Shown here one piece after another: positions 50,882 through 61,341 of a DNA stretch of 64,000 bases. The first letter of the stretch is position 1, and each line of letters begins with the position of its first letter. A program made the translations under genes and the position numbers. Source of the DNA: Geobacter sp. (GTDB lineage Bacteria; Desulfobacterota; Desulfuromonadia; Geobacterales; Pseudopelobacteraceae); assembly GCA_025360785.1 (NCBI GenBank), contig JANYBN010000099.1, forward strand, positions 6,664 through 70,663, read 5' to 3'. The notes below the pieces were generated by a model. It made no database searches. It had not been told where the DNA came from and saw only the letters and a program-made list of their open reading frames with translations.

Positions 50882-52615
50882 TCACCTCCGCCTGCCTGCA
50901 GTGGATTCCATGTAAGACTCTATTCTGTCTTTATTAAGCAGGGCCTTTTCATATCCGGGCCTTAAAGCTATTGCCGTTGAAAAAGCCTGCTTGGCATCTT
51001 CGGTACGATCCAATTGGGCATATGCTATCCCGAGATTGTTGTAAATGACTGGATTGGCAGGATCAATATCGATTCCTTTAAGGCCTACTTCTATTGCATC
51101 CTGATAACTCATAAGCTCCAGATACAATATTCCAAGATATTCATACAGCTCACCGTATTCAGGACATATCTTCTGGGACCTTTGAAAGCACTTCAGTGAT
51201 TCTGGATAGTTACCAGACTTAAAGTAAGCGACTCCGAGATTATACCAAGGTCTATCTTTGGTAGGACTCTTCTTAACCGAATCACTCCATAAACTTATGG
51301 CTGACTGCCAAACATTATTTCTTTTGTACGTCAAAACAGTCAACACGCCACACCATACTATTATCAAGACAACAACCAAACGACTAATGAGCACTGTCCC
51401 CATCATCGTTCGCAGGAAATCTATAAGACAGATGAGCGCCATGACAAAACCAACCGATGCAAGGTATGCGCGGTGTTCAGCCATAAGTTCAGTCTGAGGA
51501 ATGAAACTTGAAGAGACCGACAGCGCCAGGAAATACCAGCATACCCCCACAAACATCAACACACAGCGCACATCTTCTCTGTTTTTCCGGTACAGAAGAT
51601 AGGATCCTCCCACCATAAAAACAATGATCATTGCCGCTCCAATAACCGGCAATTGGTAGGGAAGCGAATAAAGAGTCTGGTAATGGTCAATATTCTGGCC
51701 GTATGGCAAGAGGTAAAGCCGTAGATAGGCCAGAACTACAACTGCTTGGGTCAGCGCATAGTGGGTAGCAGGAACGCCACCATAGTTAACGATATTAATA
51801 GCTCCTGTGATCGAAGCTGATGAGTTGTTCTGTGCGGCACTAACAAGAATAACCATCAAGGGGATTACCGGAAGCAGCATGAGGTGAGGCGCAGCCCTTT
51901 TGAGTCCTGACTTTACACTGTTTCCGAACAACGTCATTTCAAGAAGCACAATCACAATCGGTGCGGTAAACAACGATTCTCTCACAAACATGCCGAAGAA
52001 CAGTACCAAAACGCTCCCCCATCTGGCATGACCTGGTTTCATCCCTGACTGCTTACGGTGCGACCATACGAGATATAACCAGATGGTCACCAGATAGAAC
52101 AGAGCCGCCAGCGAAGCGAAGCGCTGCATGATATATGTAACTGACTCCGTCTGCATCGGGTGCAACAGAAATATGACCGCTGAAACAGCCGGAATGAATC
52201 GCGATGAATATTGATTTAACCTCCTGCATGACGGTGCCAGGCACAAAAGGAGTCGGATACATTTGAACACAAACAGTGAATTGATAATGTGAATAGCAAT
52301 ATTCACTATTCTAAAACCAACCGGGTTCAACCCGGTCATCATGTAGTTAAAAGAGAATGTGAGGTATGCCAGCGGACGCAACATAAAACTGGTAGTAACG
52401 TCTGAATTCAGAGATAATTGCTCATCCAGAAGACTAAAATCAAATACATCATACAACTTGGCATAGTACTCAAGGTCTTTCAAAAGGGGGTTGTTCAGAA
52501 GAAACATGATCCCATCGAAATTGATTTCTTGAAAGGCAAGTGTGTTGGCATACACCAGAATGCCGACTAAAATGATTGCAGACTGGACGACCTTGCAATA
52601 TGCACCATCGCTCAT
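50882..52615 (-). CDS. TPR-tailed membrane protein, TMTC/DUF1736-like (paralogue 5)
   Basis: EINFDGIMFLLNNP loop, LHPMQTESVTYIMQRFA motif, C-terminal TPR repeats (WYNLGVAYFKSGNYPESL, YNNLGIAYAQLDRTEDA). The ATG at 52615 is preferred over the track start at 52654. Confidence 0.65.
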   Translation of the reverse strand: MSDGAYCKVVQSAIILVGILVYANTLAFQEINFDGIMFLLNNPLLKDLEYYAKLYDVFDFSLLDEQLSLNSDVTTSFMLRPLAYLTFSFNYMMTGLNPVGFRIVNIAIHIINSLFVFKCIRLLLCLAPSCRRLNQYSSRFIPAVSAVIFLLHPMQTESVTYIMQRFASLAALFYLVTIWLYLVWSHRKQSGMKPGHARWGSVLVLFFGMFVRESLFTAPIVIVLLEMTLFGNSVKSGLKRAAPHLMLLPVIPLMVILVSAAQNNSSASITGAINIVNYGGVPATHYALTQAVVVLAYLRLYLLPYGQNIDHYQTLYSLPYQLPVIGAAMIIVFMVGGSYLLYRKNREDVRCVLMFVGVCWYFLALSVSSSFIPQTELMAEHRAYLASVGFVMALICLIDFLRTMMGTVLISRLVVVLIIVWCGVLTVLTYKRNNVWQSAISLWSDSVKKSPTKDRPWYNLGVAYFKSGNYPESLKCFQRSQKICPEYGELYEYLGILYLELMSYQDAIEVGLKGIDIDPANPVIYNNLGIAYAQLDRTEDAKQAFSTAIALRPGYEKALLNKDRIESYMESTAGRRR

Positions 52616-52692
52616 ATATTGTCCTCGCAAACAATATCCTGATGTCCACACCAACTCTGCCAGATCAATTTGTACATCATTACTTACTTCAT

Positions 52693-53979
52693 TTATCTCT
52701 TCATCGCATCATCCATAAGTTTATACGCACAAAACTCCCCACACATCGTGCAGGCGCCATGATCCGAGACCGGCGAGTTGGCCCGGTACTCGCGGGCCTT
52801 GTCCGGATCCATCGCCAATTCGAACTGTCCTTCCCAGTCCAGCTTTTTCCGGCACTTTGCCATGGCAATATCCTTATCCATCGCCCCTTTGACGCCCTTG
52901 GCGATGTCAGCGGCATGAGCTGCGATACGGGTGGCAATAACACCATCACGCACATCCTGCACATTCGGCAGGCATAGATGTTCAGACGGGGTCACATAAC
53001 AAAGAAAGTCGGCTCCCGCAGCCGCCGCGATGGCACCACCGATGGCACAGGTAATATGGTCGTAGCCGGGAGCGATATCGGTTACCAGCGGTCCGAGGAC
53101 ATAAAACGGCGCACCGTGACAAATCCGTTTCTGCAACTGGATATTGGTCTGGATCTGGTTGAGCGGCACATGGCCAGGGCCCTCGATCATGACCTGAACA
53201 CCTGCCTCCTGAGCGCGCTGTGTCAACTCACCAAGCAGGATCAGCTCATGTATCTGCGCCCGGTCAGTCGCATCGGCCAGGCAACCGGGACGGAAACCGT
53301 CACCCAGCGACAGGGTCATGTCGTACTCTTTGGTGATCTCCAGCAGCTTGTCAAAATGCTCAAAAAGCGGGTTTTCCTTGTTGTTATAACTCATCCATTC
53401 GATGGTAAACGCCCCGCCGCGCGAAACTACGTCCATGATGCGTCCTTCGTTTTTCATCCGTTCGACGGTACCGCGAGTGACACCGCAATGGACGGTGATG
53501 AAATCGACGCCGTCTTCAGCATGCTTGATGATCCCGGCAAAGATGTCATCAACCGTCATATCGACTATGGCCTTGTTCTTGATCCGTACCGCATCCAGAG
53601 CAGCCTGGTATAGAGGCACACTGCCGATACAAGCATTAGTTTCGGCAATGATCGCCTTCCTGATCTCGTCCACCGGACCGCCGGTAGAAAGATCCATGAT
53701 GGCATCGGCACCGTATTTTACTGCAATACGGGCTTTTTCCAGTTCCTTTTCCATGTCGGTATCGTCGGATGAAGAGCCGATGTTGGCATTGACTTTGGTG
53801 CGCAGACCGGCTCCAACTGCGAGAGGGATGCCGTTTAAATGCTTGATGTTGTGACAGATGACAATGTTGCCGGCGGCGATGCCATCACGGATGAATTCTG
53901 GTGGAAGACCTTCTGATGCAGCGGCAATCCGCATTTTTTCGGTGATGACGCCTCGGCGGGCGTATTCAAGCTGTGTCAT
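52693..53979 (-). CDS. thiC: phosphomethylpyrimidine synthase
   Basis: 428 aa. [13 protein letters not shown]..., the [14 protein letters not shown] motif, and a C-terminal CTMCGEFC cluster motif. Confidence 0.95.
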   Translation of the reverse strand: MTQLEYARRGVITEKMRIAAASEGLPPEFIRDGIAAGNIVICHNIKHLNGIPLAVGAGLRTKVNANIGSSSDDTDMEKELEKARIAVKYGADAIMDLSTGGPVDEIRKAIIAETNACIGSVPLYQAALDAVRIKNKAIVDMTVDDIFAGIIKHAEDGVDFITVHCGVTRGTVERMKNEGRIMDVVSRGGAFTIEWMSYNNKENPLFEHFDKLLEITKEYDMTLSLGDGFRPGCLADATDRAQIHELILLGELTQRAQEAGVQVMIEGPGHVPLNQIQTNIQLQKRICHGAPFYVLGPLVTDIAPGYDHITCAIGGAIAAAAGADFLCYVTPSEHLCLPNVQDVRDGVIATRIAAHAADIAKGVKGAMDKDIAMAKCRKKLDWEGQFELAMDPDKAREYRANSPVSDHGACTMCGEFCAYKLMDDAMKR

Positions 53980-55522
53980 TGTTTAATCCTTTAGTTTTGG
54001 TGATGTGAAATTGCAGCAACTCACGCGCTGCCAGAAAGTGGTTAACCGGGCTATGCCCCTTCCCAAGCGATATGGCAGTACGAATGGCAGCACTAATAAA
54101 TATTTTTGACCGTTCAACCGCCGTTAACAGCGGTTCCCCCTGAGCAAGCAGAGTCGCGATTGCCGATGCATAGCTGCAGCCGGTACCGTGAGTGTTACTG
54201 GTAAAGATCCGTTCAGAACTGAAATGATGACACTGATTACCATCAAACAGTATATCGGTAGAGAGGCGACCGGTCATGTGCCCCCCCTTGATTAGGACGT
54301 TGGCCGCACCCAAAGCGTGCAGATCCATGGCAGCCAGCTCCATCTCCGACTCGTTTTTTATCAATCTCCCCAGAAGGCGCTCCGCCTCCGGAACATTGGG
54401 AGTCAGCAAATAGGCCATCGGCAGAAGTTCATCACAAAAGACCTGGACGGCTTCCAGCTCAAGCAGCGATGTGCCGCCTTTGGCCACCATAACCGGATCT
54501 ATTACCATCGGTATAAGAACCTTCCGCTCTCCGAGGCGCTCCGCCAAAGCCGATATTATGGCCGGAGTATGCAGCATTCCGGTTTTGATAACATCTATCG
54601 GAATATCGGATAACACGGCGTCAAGTTGATCACACACAAAACTCGGCGGCAGACCGTGGATCGAAGAGACTCCCCTGGTATTCTGGGCGGTCAGTGCGGT
54701 CAGAACAGTTGCGGCATAGCTGCCAAGCAGTGAAATTGTCTTGATATCGGCCTGGATACCGGCCCCGCCCCCGGAATCACTTCCTGCAACGCTCAGCACC
54801 GCTCCGCGCGGGAAGGGGCGGACACGATTAAAGAGCAGAGAGAGTTCAGCAGCCACTATTTCCGGGCGTGGATTCGAAAGAATGGATGAAATAACTGCCA
54901 GAGCATCCGCTCCGGCATCAATCACCCGGCAGGCATTACCGGGGTTAATCCCGCCGATGGCCACAATCGGAATCTTTACCGCGCTCCGAATAGTCGCCAG
55001 CCCTTCAACTCCGGGAAGATGCGAAACGATCTTGCTTCCGGTCGGGTATAATGCTCCGAATCCGATATAATCCGCTCCAGACTGCTCTGCACGTAGAGCT
55101 TCATCCAGATTATGAGTCGATTTGCCTATAACCTTACCAGGCCCGAGGAGCTCCCTGGCATCAGCAATTTCGCCATCATCCTGTCCCAGATGTACGCCAT
55201 CGGCATCAAGCTCTTTGGCAAGCTGAAGGTTATCGTTGACAATGAACGTAACTCCAAAGCCGGCACAGAGGCGTTTCAGCTCGCCCCCTTCAGCTAAAAG
55301 GACGTTATACTCCTTGTTCTTGGCACGATACTGCAGCACCGAGACTCCGCCTCGAAGCGCCTGACAGACCCTGTCTACAAGATCGCCACCCTGATCTGTA
55401 ATCAGATAGACACCCGAAACATCAGGTGCCTGAGAAGCATTATTGACAATCAGGCGAAATGGCTTTGCATTGCTCACGCTGCTGTTCCTAACCACGACAA
55501 TCGGGATTACTTTCAACTTCAT
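53966..55522 (-). CDS. thiED: bifunctional thiamine-phosphate synthase (N-terminal ThiE) / hydroxymethylpyrimidine-phosphomethylpyrimidine kinase (C-terminal ThiD)
   Basis: ThiE-like VYLITDQ...LQYRAK...VHLGQDD, then ThiD-like [21 protein letters not shown]. Start uncertain: ATG at 55522, or GTG at 55477 preceded by AGGAA. The track start at 55645 lies inside the riboswitch. Confidence 0.85.
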   Translation of the reverse strand: MKLKVIPIVVVRNSSVSNAKPFRLIVNNASQAPDVSGVYLITDQGGDLVDRVCQALRGGVSVLQYRAKNKEYNVLLAEGGELKRLCAGFGVTFIVNDNLQLAKELDADGVHLGQDDGEIADARELLGPGKVIGKSTHNLDEALRAEQSGADYIGFGALYPTGSKIVSHLPGVEGLATIRSAVKIPIVAIGGINPGNACRVIDAGADALAVISSILSNPRPEIVAAELSLLFNRVRPFPRGAVLSVAGSDSGGGAGIQADIKTISLLGSYAATVLTALTAQNTRGVSSIHGLPPSFVCDQLDAVLSDIPIDVIKTGMLHTPAIISALAERLGERKVLIPMVIDPVMVAKGGTSLLELEAVQVFCDELLPMAYLLTPNVPEAERLLGRLIKNESEMELAAMDLHALGAANVLIKGGHMTGRLSTDILFDGNQCHHFSSERIFTSNTHGTGCSYASAIATLLAQGEPLLTAVERSKIFISAAIRTAISLGKGHSPVNHFLAARELLQFHITKTKGLNNDTA

Positions 55523-55584
55523 AAATACAAAAAAACCGCACTGACAGACTACATCAGGCGGCTGGATAAAGTGTAGATCCGCAA

Positions 55585-55695
55585 GCCGCTTTCCTACGCC
55601 GGAATTACCCGGTTCAGGTGCAAAGGGTTCCCGCTGCCGGAACATATTCAGGTTCAGAGCAGGCGGATCTCAGTTCTGATGAACTCCCCCAGGGC
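55585..55695 (-). promoter_or_regulatory. TPP (THI-box) riboswitch
   Basis: The minus strand reads CTGGGGGAG...CTGAGA...ACCCTTTGCACCTGAACCGGGTAATTCCGGCGTAGGAAAG, matching the conserved THI-box core. A GCGG-T7 terminator-like tail follows, before thiED. Confidence 0.85.
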
Positions 55696-55709
55696 CTTGT
55701 TGTGTTGGC

Positions 55710-55738
55710 ACACTACTGCAAAGGAGAGATAATGTCAA
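55710..55738 (-). promoter_or_regulatory. sigma70-type promoter candidate for the riboswitch-thiED-thiC operon
   Basis: Minus strand TTGACA-17 nt-TAGTGT, placed about 10-15 nt upstream of the riboswitch 5' end. Confidence 0.5.
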
Positions 55739-56084
55739 TCTGTACTAAGGCTTCGGCACTATCAGATGTACACACCTGAGCACTATAAAAAGTTGCAAAG
55801 TAAACTAATTTAACAAGCGGCGTCAGCTCAACTCAATCAGGACTTCATATCATCTGTCTTCCGCATCTTGAACACCATTTTAACATTGGTCCGTTATCGA
55901 AATAATGCATAACACAATGACAATAAACACTATTTAATTATGGCATGCATCGTGATTAGCAACAGTGTACCGCGAATCAACCTGGTCAGGTCACTATGTA
56001 ACAATTTTTTTCAGACGGAGTATATCTGGAGTAGGGAGAATCCGGCAATCCCAAGACGCTATAGCGACAGAGAGGGGCTCAACC

Positions 56085-56294
56085 ATGAACAATTTCAATT
56101 ATGACAAGGTTTGTTACCGGACAGAACAGCAGGATGAGAATGTTGCCTTGCGCAATATCAAGACCGGTGAGATTGGATTCACCTTCGGGTGCACTAATTC
56201 CGGTGAAACCATCCAGGTCAAACTTGCTAACGGAGAGCTGGACACCTGGAGCAGGGATGAATGTGTTGAAGTAGCTTCGGAACCAAAGCCATAA
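56085..56294 (+). CDS. small hypothetical protein (69 aa)
   Basis: ATG at 56085 preceded by AGAGGGG. MNNFNYDKVCYRTEQQDENVALRNIKTGE... I recognise no family. Confidence 0.4.
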   Translation: MNNFNYDKVCYRTEQQDENVALRNIKTGEIGFTFGCTNSGETIQVKLANGELDTWSRDECVEVASEPKP

Positions 56295-56383
56295 ACCTGA
56301 ATAAAGCAATTACCACGAAATCTCGAACTGTTCATGAGAAGCCTGCCTCACTACCGGGGCAGGTTACCTCCAACGGCCCTCGA

Positions 56384-58069
56384 TCACATCCTTCCGGAAC
56401 GGATGATCGCATAAACCAGCCAGAGTCCGACAATCCCCGCTATGGTGTACCCCATAAAGGCAAGCATCGGAAAGCCCATGATTTTTGGTCCCTTATCGGT
56501 CTGCATGATGATAGAGGAGCCGATAATCATGGCCGCCAGAATCATGCTGGTCGAAAGCCGATTGATAGAGCGGTCAAAGTCGGCGGTAAACTTGTCAAGG
56601 CCGCGATGTTCAAGATCGATCTTGAACTTGTTGCGGTTGATACGATTGATGATCTCTTTCAGATCCCGAGGGATGTTGCGCGCCAGATTCAGATATGAAC
56701 CAAGGATCTGGTTGATCTCGCCCGAGACACGCTTTGGAGAGAATTTCTGGCGAATCGACTTTATGATAAACGGCTTCAGGTGCTCCACCATGTCAAAAGC
56801 CGGGTCAAGCGCCCGCCCCATCCCCTCGATCTGCACCAGTGACTTGGCCAACAGCATCAGGTCGGATGCAATTCTGATATTGTAGAGGGTAATGATTTCG
56901 ATAAACTCCATCAACATGCGCCCCACCTCAATCTCTTTGAGAGGGATTTCGTAGTAACCGTCGATGAAATTAAACAGGTCCCGCTTAAGAGCCCTGATAT
57001 CAAGACTGTCCGAGATATCACCGGCAAAGAGCAGAAGAGAAACGACCTCATCCATATTCCGATTGACGATGGCCGCAAGGATGTCGGTCAGGAAGGTTTT
57101 GAAATCGTCATCCAGACGCCCCACAATCCCGTAGTCAAGCAGGCAGATGACGTTATCAGGCAGGATCAGGACATTTCCAGGGTGAAGATCCCCATGGAAA
57201 AAACCGTGATTGAGCACCATATCGAGGAAAGAGTCGGCACCACGGCGGGCGATCAGCTTGGCATCAAGCCCCTGACCGAAAAGTTTTTCCCGGTCGGAAA
57301 CCTTGACTCCGGCAACATATTCCATCGTCAGGATGCCACGGGAACTCTGATCCCAATAAACCTTGGGGAAATACATCCATGCTGTTTTTATGAAATTGTC
57401 GCGGAATTTTTCAATGGTATGGGCTTCACGGGAAAAATCCATCTCCCTGCGGATCGTACGGGCAAATTCACGCACGAGACCGACCGGGTCGTAAATTTCG
57501 CTGCCGGATACGTGACGTTCCGCCAGACCGGCCAGCGCCATCAGGGCACTTATGTCGGATTCCACCACCCCGACTATACCGGGACGACGCACCTTGATGA
57601 CAACATCTTCACCAGTCATCAACCGGGCTCTATGTACCTGCGCTATTGATGCAGCCGCAAGAGGCACCGGATCGATCTCGGCAAAGAATTGTTCTACAGG
57701 CCCTCCCAACTCGGCGGCAATCTGGGCCAGGACCTCTTCAAACGAGAAACTCGGGACATCATCCTGAAGCTTTTCAAACTCATGAACAAAAGCATGAGGA
57801 ATCACATCAGGCCTGGTAGAGAGGATTTGCCCCAGTTTAACAAAGGTCGGTCCAAGTTCCTCAAGCGCCAGACGCAGACGTTCTGCAGCCGTAAGTCTCG
57901 CGATGTCGGGCATTGAGCGACGGAAAAATTTCCGGCTTCGCACCACCACATCTGCAAGCCCCATCATCTCAAGCACCTGGTCAAAGCCGTACTTGCTGAG
58001 TACCCGAACGATGTTCAGATAACGCCTGATGCTGCGGATATTCCGGTTGATCCTCAGAAATCTGAGCAT
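56384..58069 (-). CDS. ubiB: ABC1/UbiB-family atypical kinase
   Basis: 561 aa. ELGPTFVKLGQILSTRPD, AAASIAQVH, HGDLHPGN motifs and two C-terminal TM segments. Confidence 0.9.
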   Translation of the reverse strand: MLRFLRINRNIRSIRRYLNIVRVLSKYGFDQVLEMMGLADVVVRSRKFFRRSMPDIARLTAAERLRLALEELGPTFVKLGQILSTRPDVIPHAFVHEFEKLQDDVPSFSFEEVLAQIAAELGGPVEQFFAEIDPVPLAAASIAQVHRARLMTGEDVVIKVRRPGIVGVVESDISALMALAGLAERHVSGSEIYDPVGLVREFARTIRREMDFSREAHTIEKFRDNFIKTAWMYFPKVYWDQSSRGILTMEYVAGVKVSDREKLFGQGLDAKLIARRGADSFLDMVLNHGFFHGDLHPGNVLILPDNVICLLDYGIVGRLDDDFKTFLTDILAAIVNRNMDEVVSLLLFAGDISDSLDIRALKRDLFNFIDGYYEIPLKEIEVGRMLMEFIEIITLYNIRIASDLMLLAKSLVQIEGMGRALDPAFDMVEHLKPFIIKSIRQKFSPKRVSGEINQILGSYLNLARNIPRDLKEIINRINRNKFKIDLEHRGLDKFTADFDRSINRLSTSMILAAMIIGSSIIMQTDKGPKIMGFPMLAFMGYTIAGIVGLWLVYAIIRSGRM

Positions 58070-58072
58070 GGA

Positions 58073-58369
58073 CTAGACGTTACCGCGAGATTCCAGTTCC
58101 TGAACCCGTTTGGCAAGCCGGTCAAACTCCTCTTTGGAAACCAGGCCCAAGCGCTCAACGACCTTCTGGACTTCGGCCTCGGCCATCTCTTTAACTTTCT
58201 CCCTGCTTTCATTTGCAATGTTCTGGATCCTGTCAACCAACTGTTTTCCTTCATCTTCACTCATTTTGAAACGTTCCTTCATTTCTGCCGCCAACTCCTC
58301 GGCCTTCTTCTGGGTAATCGCCGCTACACCGATTGTCGTCATAACAGCTTTTTCAAGTAGCTCCAACAT
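58073..58369 (-). CDS. phasin-family (PHA-granule-associated, COG3937-like) small protein
   Basis: 98 aa, all-helical. LEKAVMTTIGVAAITQKKAEE...VSKEEFDRLAKRVQELE. Directly upstream of ubiB. Confidence 0.6.
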   Translation of the reverse strand: MLELLEKAVMTTIGVAAITQKKAEELAAEMKERFKMSEDEGKQLVDRIQNIANESREKVKEMAEAEVQKVVERLGLVSKEEFDRLAKRVQELESRGNV

Positions 58370-58527
58370 GGCATTCCTCCTGTACTCATCGTAGTCACAT
58401 CTTGTCTTAGAGTATCATAACCGTCTTATAATGCAAACCGGATACAGTAAGTCCTCTGCATAGACCTTCACGTCAATAGGTTTCGCATTACAGATCCAGT
58501 AAATCCCAAGCTCGAGACACTGCCTGG

Positions 58528-59328
58528 TCACCTGTTTGAATCAGGGGAAATGAGCAAGATCATGTACAGCTCCTTGATTTCCTTCTCTGTAAGCGCAACA
58601 GCCAGCATCCTCGCCTGCGGCTTTATTTCACGGGGATTTTTCAGCCAGTCGTTCAGGTTACCGGGGGTCCATGTTTCGCCATTCCTGAACGTCTTCGGAT
58701 AGAAACCGGAAAACAGTCCGGACAGGTTGGGGCCGATTTCACCGGTTCCGGCAGCGCCGAGGCGCTGGCTCAGCATCCGGTGACAGCTGCCGCACTTCGT
58801 CATGAAAATATCCGCATTCTTTGTGCCGGAGTTATTGAAATGTACTTTCACCGGAGCGGCCTTATCCGTACCATGCTCCGAAGAACCGGCATAAATGACA
58901 TTCACCAGAGTCGTTCTCTGTTCATCATTCAGGGCAAAATTCGGCATGGTAGCCACCGGTTGCCGGATCGAGAACACTAGTTCTCCGGCTGTTTTCCTGT
59001 CAGCCGCACCATCAAGGCTCACCGCAAGACGGTTGCCGCGCCCGCCGCTGACATGGCAGCGGCGGCAGGCGAGCTTATCCATCAGACGCTCCCCATCTCT
59101 CCTCTCCGCCTCAACGCCAAGAGTAAATCGGACATATTTACCGGCCCGCAATCCGGAATGAGCAATATTTTTACGTTTCGCCGCCGGATTACCGCGATGA
59201 CAGTCGCTGCAGCCACAGCGCGCCGCATAATGAGAGAGATGACACGACAGGCAGAGTTGGCGAGAAGGCGCGCCCCAGGACGGGACAGAAACCAGAAGCA
59301 GCGTAAAAGTCAGAAGACGAGAGACCAA
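58528..59328 (-). CDS. tetrahaem c-type cytochrome (C-terminal class-I-like monohaem module)
   Basis: Signal peptide and four CXXCH sites (CLSCH, CSDCH, CRRCH, CGSCH). The last is followed by GPNLSG...W..NP. Confidence 0.8.
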   Translation of the reverse strand: MVSRLLTFTLLLVSVPSWGAPSRQLCLSCHLSHYAARCGCSDCHRGNPAAKRKNIAHSGLRAGKYVRFTLGVEAERRDGERLMDKLACRRCHVSGGRGNRLAVSLDGAADRKTAGELVFSIRQPVATMPNFALNDEQRTTLVNVIYAGSSEHGTDKAAPVKVHFNNSGTKNADIFMTKCGSCHRMLSQRLGAAGTGEIGPNLSGLFSGFYPKTFRNGETWTPGNLNDWLKNPREIKPQARMLAVALTEKEIKELYMILLISPDSNR

Positions 59329-59756
59329 TTAGCCCCCCTCAACGACTGCGCCACTACGGTCAGCAGCACAATGGCAACAGCCAGTATGATCGTAATTACC
59401 GAGACCGCCCGCTGCTCGCGCGGAAACCAGCCGGCCCGGTGGATATGGGCACCAACGGGGAGCCAGGGGAGCAACATGAACAGGCATCCCAGCAGCAGGA
59501 CCGGATAGATCATATAGCGCGACCAGCTGACCATTTCCTGAATCCAGAGCAGAAACCAGGCAGACCTGGCCGGATTGGGGGTGATTGCGGGGTTGGCCTG
59601 TTCCTGCAGCGGTGCCGGTATCACTGCCGCAAGGAGTAGCAACGCGGCTATCAGCAGCAAGGCCGAACGCTCGATCAGCCCGAAGAAGCGCGGCGAACTT
59701 TTTACGAAACCATCCTTCATGGGGAAACCCTCTTCATTAACACAGCAATTTCTCAT
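59310..59756 (-). CDS. cytochrome b C-terminal / b6f subunit-IV-like membrane protein
   Basis: 148 aa, 3 TM segments. PNPARSAWFLLWIQE corresponds to the P-E-W-Y region of subunit IV/cytochrome b C-terminus. Confidence 0.65.
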   Translation of the reverse strand: MRNCCVNEEGFPMKDGFVKSSPRFFGLIERSALLLIAALLLLAAVIPAPLQEQANPAITPNPARSAWFLLWIQEMVSWSRYMIYPVLLLGCLFMLLPWLPVGAHIHRAGWFPREQRAVSVITIILAVAIVLLTVVAQSLRGANWSLVF

Positions 59757-59790
59757 TGGGCGCGCAGGTTCGGAGAAACCTGTTGTTCAG

Positions 59791-59855
59791 CCTCATGATT
59801 ACTCAAGATTACCTGGATTTTAAAATCTTGAGTAATAATGAAGTAATCACGAAGC
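59791..59855. repeat. REP-like palindromic intergenic element, copy B (between cytochrome b and subunit-IV-like genes)
   Basis: CCTCATGATTAC..., inverted repeat GATTACTCAAGATT / AATCTTGAGTAAT around the palindrome GATTTTAAAATC, then ATGAAGTAATCacGAAGC as in copy A. Confidence 0.6.
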
Positions 59856-59884
59856 AAAGTTTTGGGAAGCCGTCTTTAGGGCTT

Positions 59885-60505
59885 TCAGAGATACGGCAGT
59901 ACCCCCTTATTTTTTCTGACCCGGTAAAAATGAAGGAACGACAGTGACAGCACCGAGAGAGGGATGATGCAGATATGAAGGGCGTAAAAGCGGAGCAGCG
60001 ACAAACCCTGTCCGACTCCGTCCGGCACCAGCAGCGAACGGAAGAAGGCTCCGAACGGCAGCGTAGCCAGCAGCTCCATCCCGGTCTGGGTCGCCCAGAA
60101 AGCCAGCTGGTCGAACGGCAGCAGATACCCAGTGTAGGCCTCGAACAGCGCCAGGAACAGCAGCAGGCAGCCGATCACCCAGTTGAGTTGTCGCGGGCGC
60201 TGATACGCCCCGGTCAGGATCACCCGCAGGGTATGCAGAAGCATCAGCACCAGCATGGCATGCGAGGTCAGCCGGTGCAGACTGCGCAGGTATCTCCCGC
60301 CCCACACCGAGGCTTCCAGGAACAGGACAGAACGGAAGGCGCGCTCCGGCGTAGGCTGGTAATAGACCAGCAGCAGCATGCCGCTGGCCAACATGATCAG
60401 GAAGGCGGTGAAGGCAAGCCCCCCCAGACAAAAGGTGTAGCTGAGGCGCAGGTTACGCTCCAGTACGACGCGGGGAAAAAGATGTTTGAGGAAGTCAGAG
60501 ATCAT
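59885..60505 (-). CDS. cytochrome b6-like (split cytochrome b N-terminal) protein
   Basis: 206 aa, 4 TM segments. His pairs have b-haem spacing: H-x13-H in SLHRLTSHAMLVLMLLH and H-x14-H in ALHICIIPLSVLSLSFLH. Confidence 0.8.
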   Translation of the reverse strand: MISDFLKHLFPRVVLERNLRLSYTFCLGGLAFTAFLIMLASGMLLLVYYQPTPERAFRSVLFLEASVWGGRYLRSLHRLTSHAMLVLMLLHTLRVILTGAYQRPRQLNWVIGCLLLFLALFEAYTGYLLPFDQLAFWATQTGMELLATLPFGAFFRSLLVPDGVGQGLSLLRFYALHICIIPLSVLSLSFLHFYRVRKNKGVLPYL

Positions 60506-60785
60506 AAATCAAGACTGTTCGAGTCACAGAACTCCAAGTATATTTGAATTCTGGAAATCTACCACAGCCACGTTCATCGAGCAAATATTCAGAGTTGTGC
60601 CCGATCTATTTTCTTCAAAAATACTGCAGGTTCGGTTCCTCACCGTCCTGACCGAATAGACGACACCACGCCAACAATCTATCTGACACTTTCTTTACAT
60701 TAAATGGCTGTGGAGGTGACGGTAGGCCCACTGGACAGCTTTGCAGAAAACAGCCCGACAACCAGGCTCTATAAGGATCATCAAT

Positions 60786-61235
60786 TTATTGAACTGTCGC
60801 TCCGTTGCTATCTTTGGCTATGAAATCCGTTACCGTGAAATCTGTTGCCTGAGCAGAGTTGGGCACAGTGGTAAAATTCACACTCAGCACATCTCCCGAA
60901 CCAAAGCCGGCACTTCCCGCCGAGACGATAAGAACGCTTCCTTGCCCGGGATTAGAAGCGTCAATGAAGCTGGCGCTGTTTACACCTATTGCAGACGCGG
61001 GAGAAACAAATGTCGCTCCAACCGGGAAATTTACGGTCACCTGAAATCCGTAGATTACTGGTGAAGTTGCTCCGTTAATACTAATGGCGCTAACCGCATT
61101 GCTCCCTGTAATTTGTGTGCTGATTGAAGCGGAGACCTTAGGAGTTGGAGCCGGTGATGCGCCGCCTCCCCCGCCGCAACCAGTTAGAATCAGAATAGCA
61201 AAAACAAATAGAATAATGATTTTGTCAGTTTTCAT
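60786..61235 (-). CDS. lipoprotein with cohesin-like beta-sandwich domain
   Basis: ATG at 61235 (GAGGTGG RBS), lipobox LILTGC|GGGG. The body reads ...VIYGFQVTVNFP...SVLIVSAGSAGFGSGDVLSVNFT...TDFTVTDF.AKDSNG, resembling cohesin type-I sequence logic. Confidence 0.45.
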   Translation of the reverse strand: MKTDKIIILFVFAILILTGCGGGGGASPAPTPKVSASISTQITGSNAVSAISINGATSPVIYGFQVTVNFPVGATFVSPASAIGVNSASFIDASNPGQGSVLIVSAGSAGFGSGDVLSVNFTTVPNSAQATDFTVTDFIAKDSNGATVQ

Positions 61236-61341
61236 ATCGCCACCTCGCGTAGTTAACTTAGCAGCCTTAGAGTAATGATAAAAGCTACTTGGCATGGGTT
61301 CACGTTCTTTACAGTTATAATTTTACGATGATTTTTCATAT

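Noticed and set aside
55523-55645. 5' extension of the thiED ORF to the ATG at 55645.
   Set aside because: This stretch is the TPP riboswitch aptamer and expression platform. The conserved ThiE sequence begins much further downstream.
59907-60547. Alternative-frame ORFs (174 aa on the minus strand, 190 aa on the plus strand) overlapping the cytochrome b6-like gene.
   Set aside because: The 206-aa frame shows correct bis-His haem spacing and TM periodicity. The alternatives are Arg/Gly/Ala-rich with no features.
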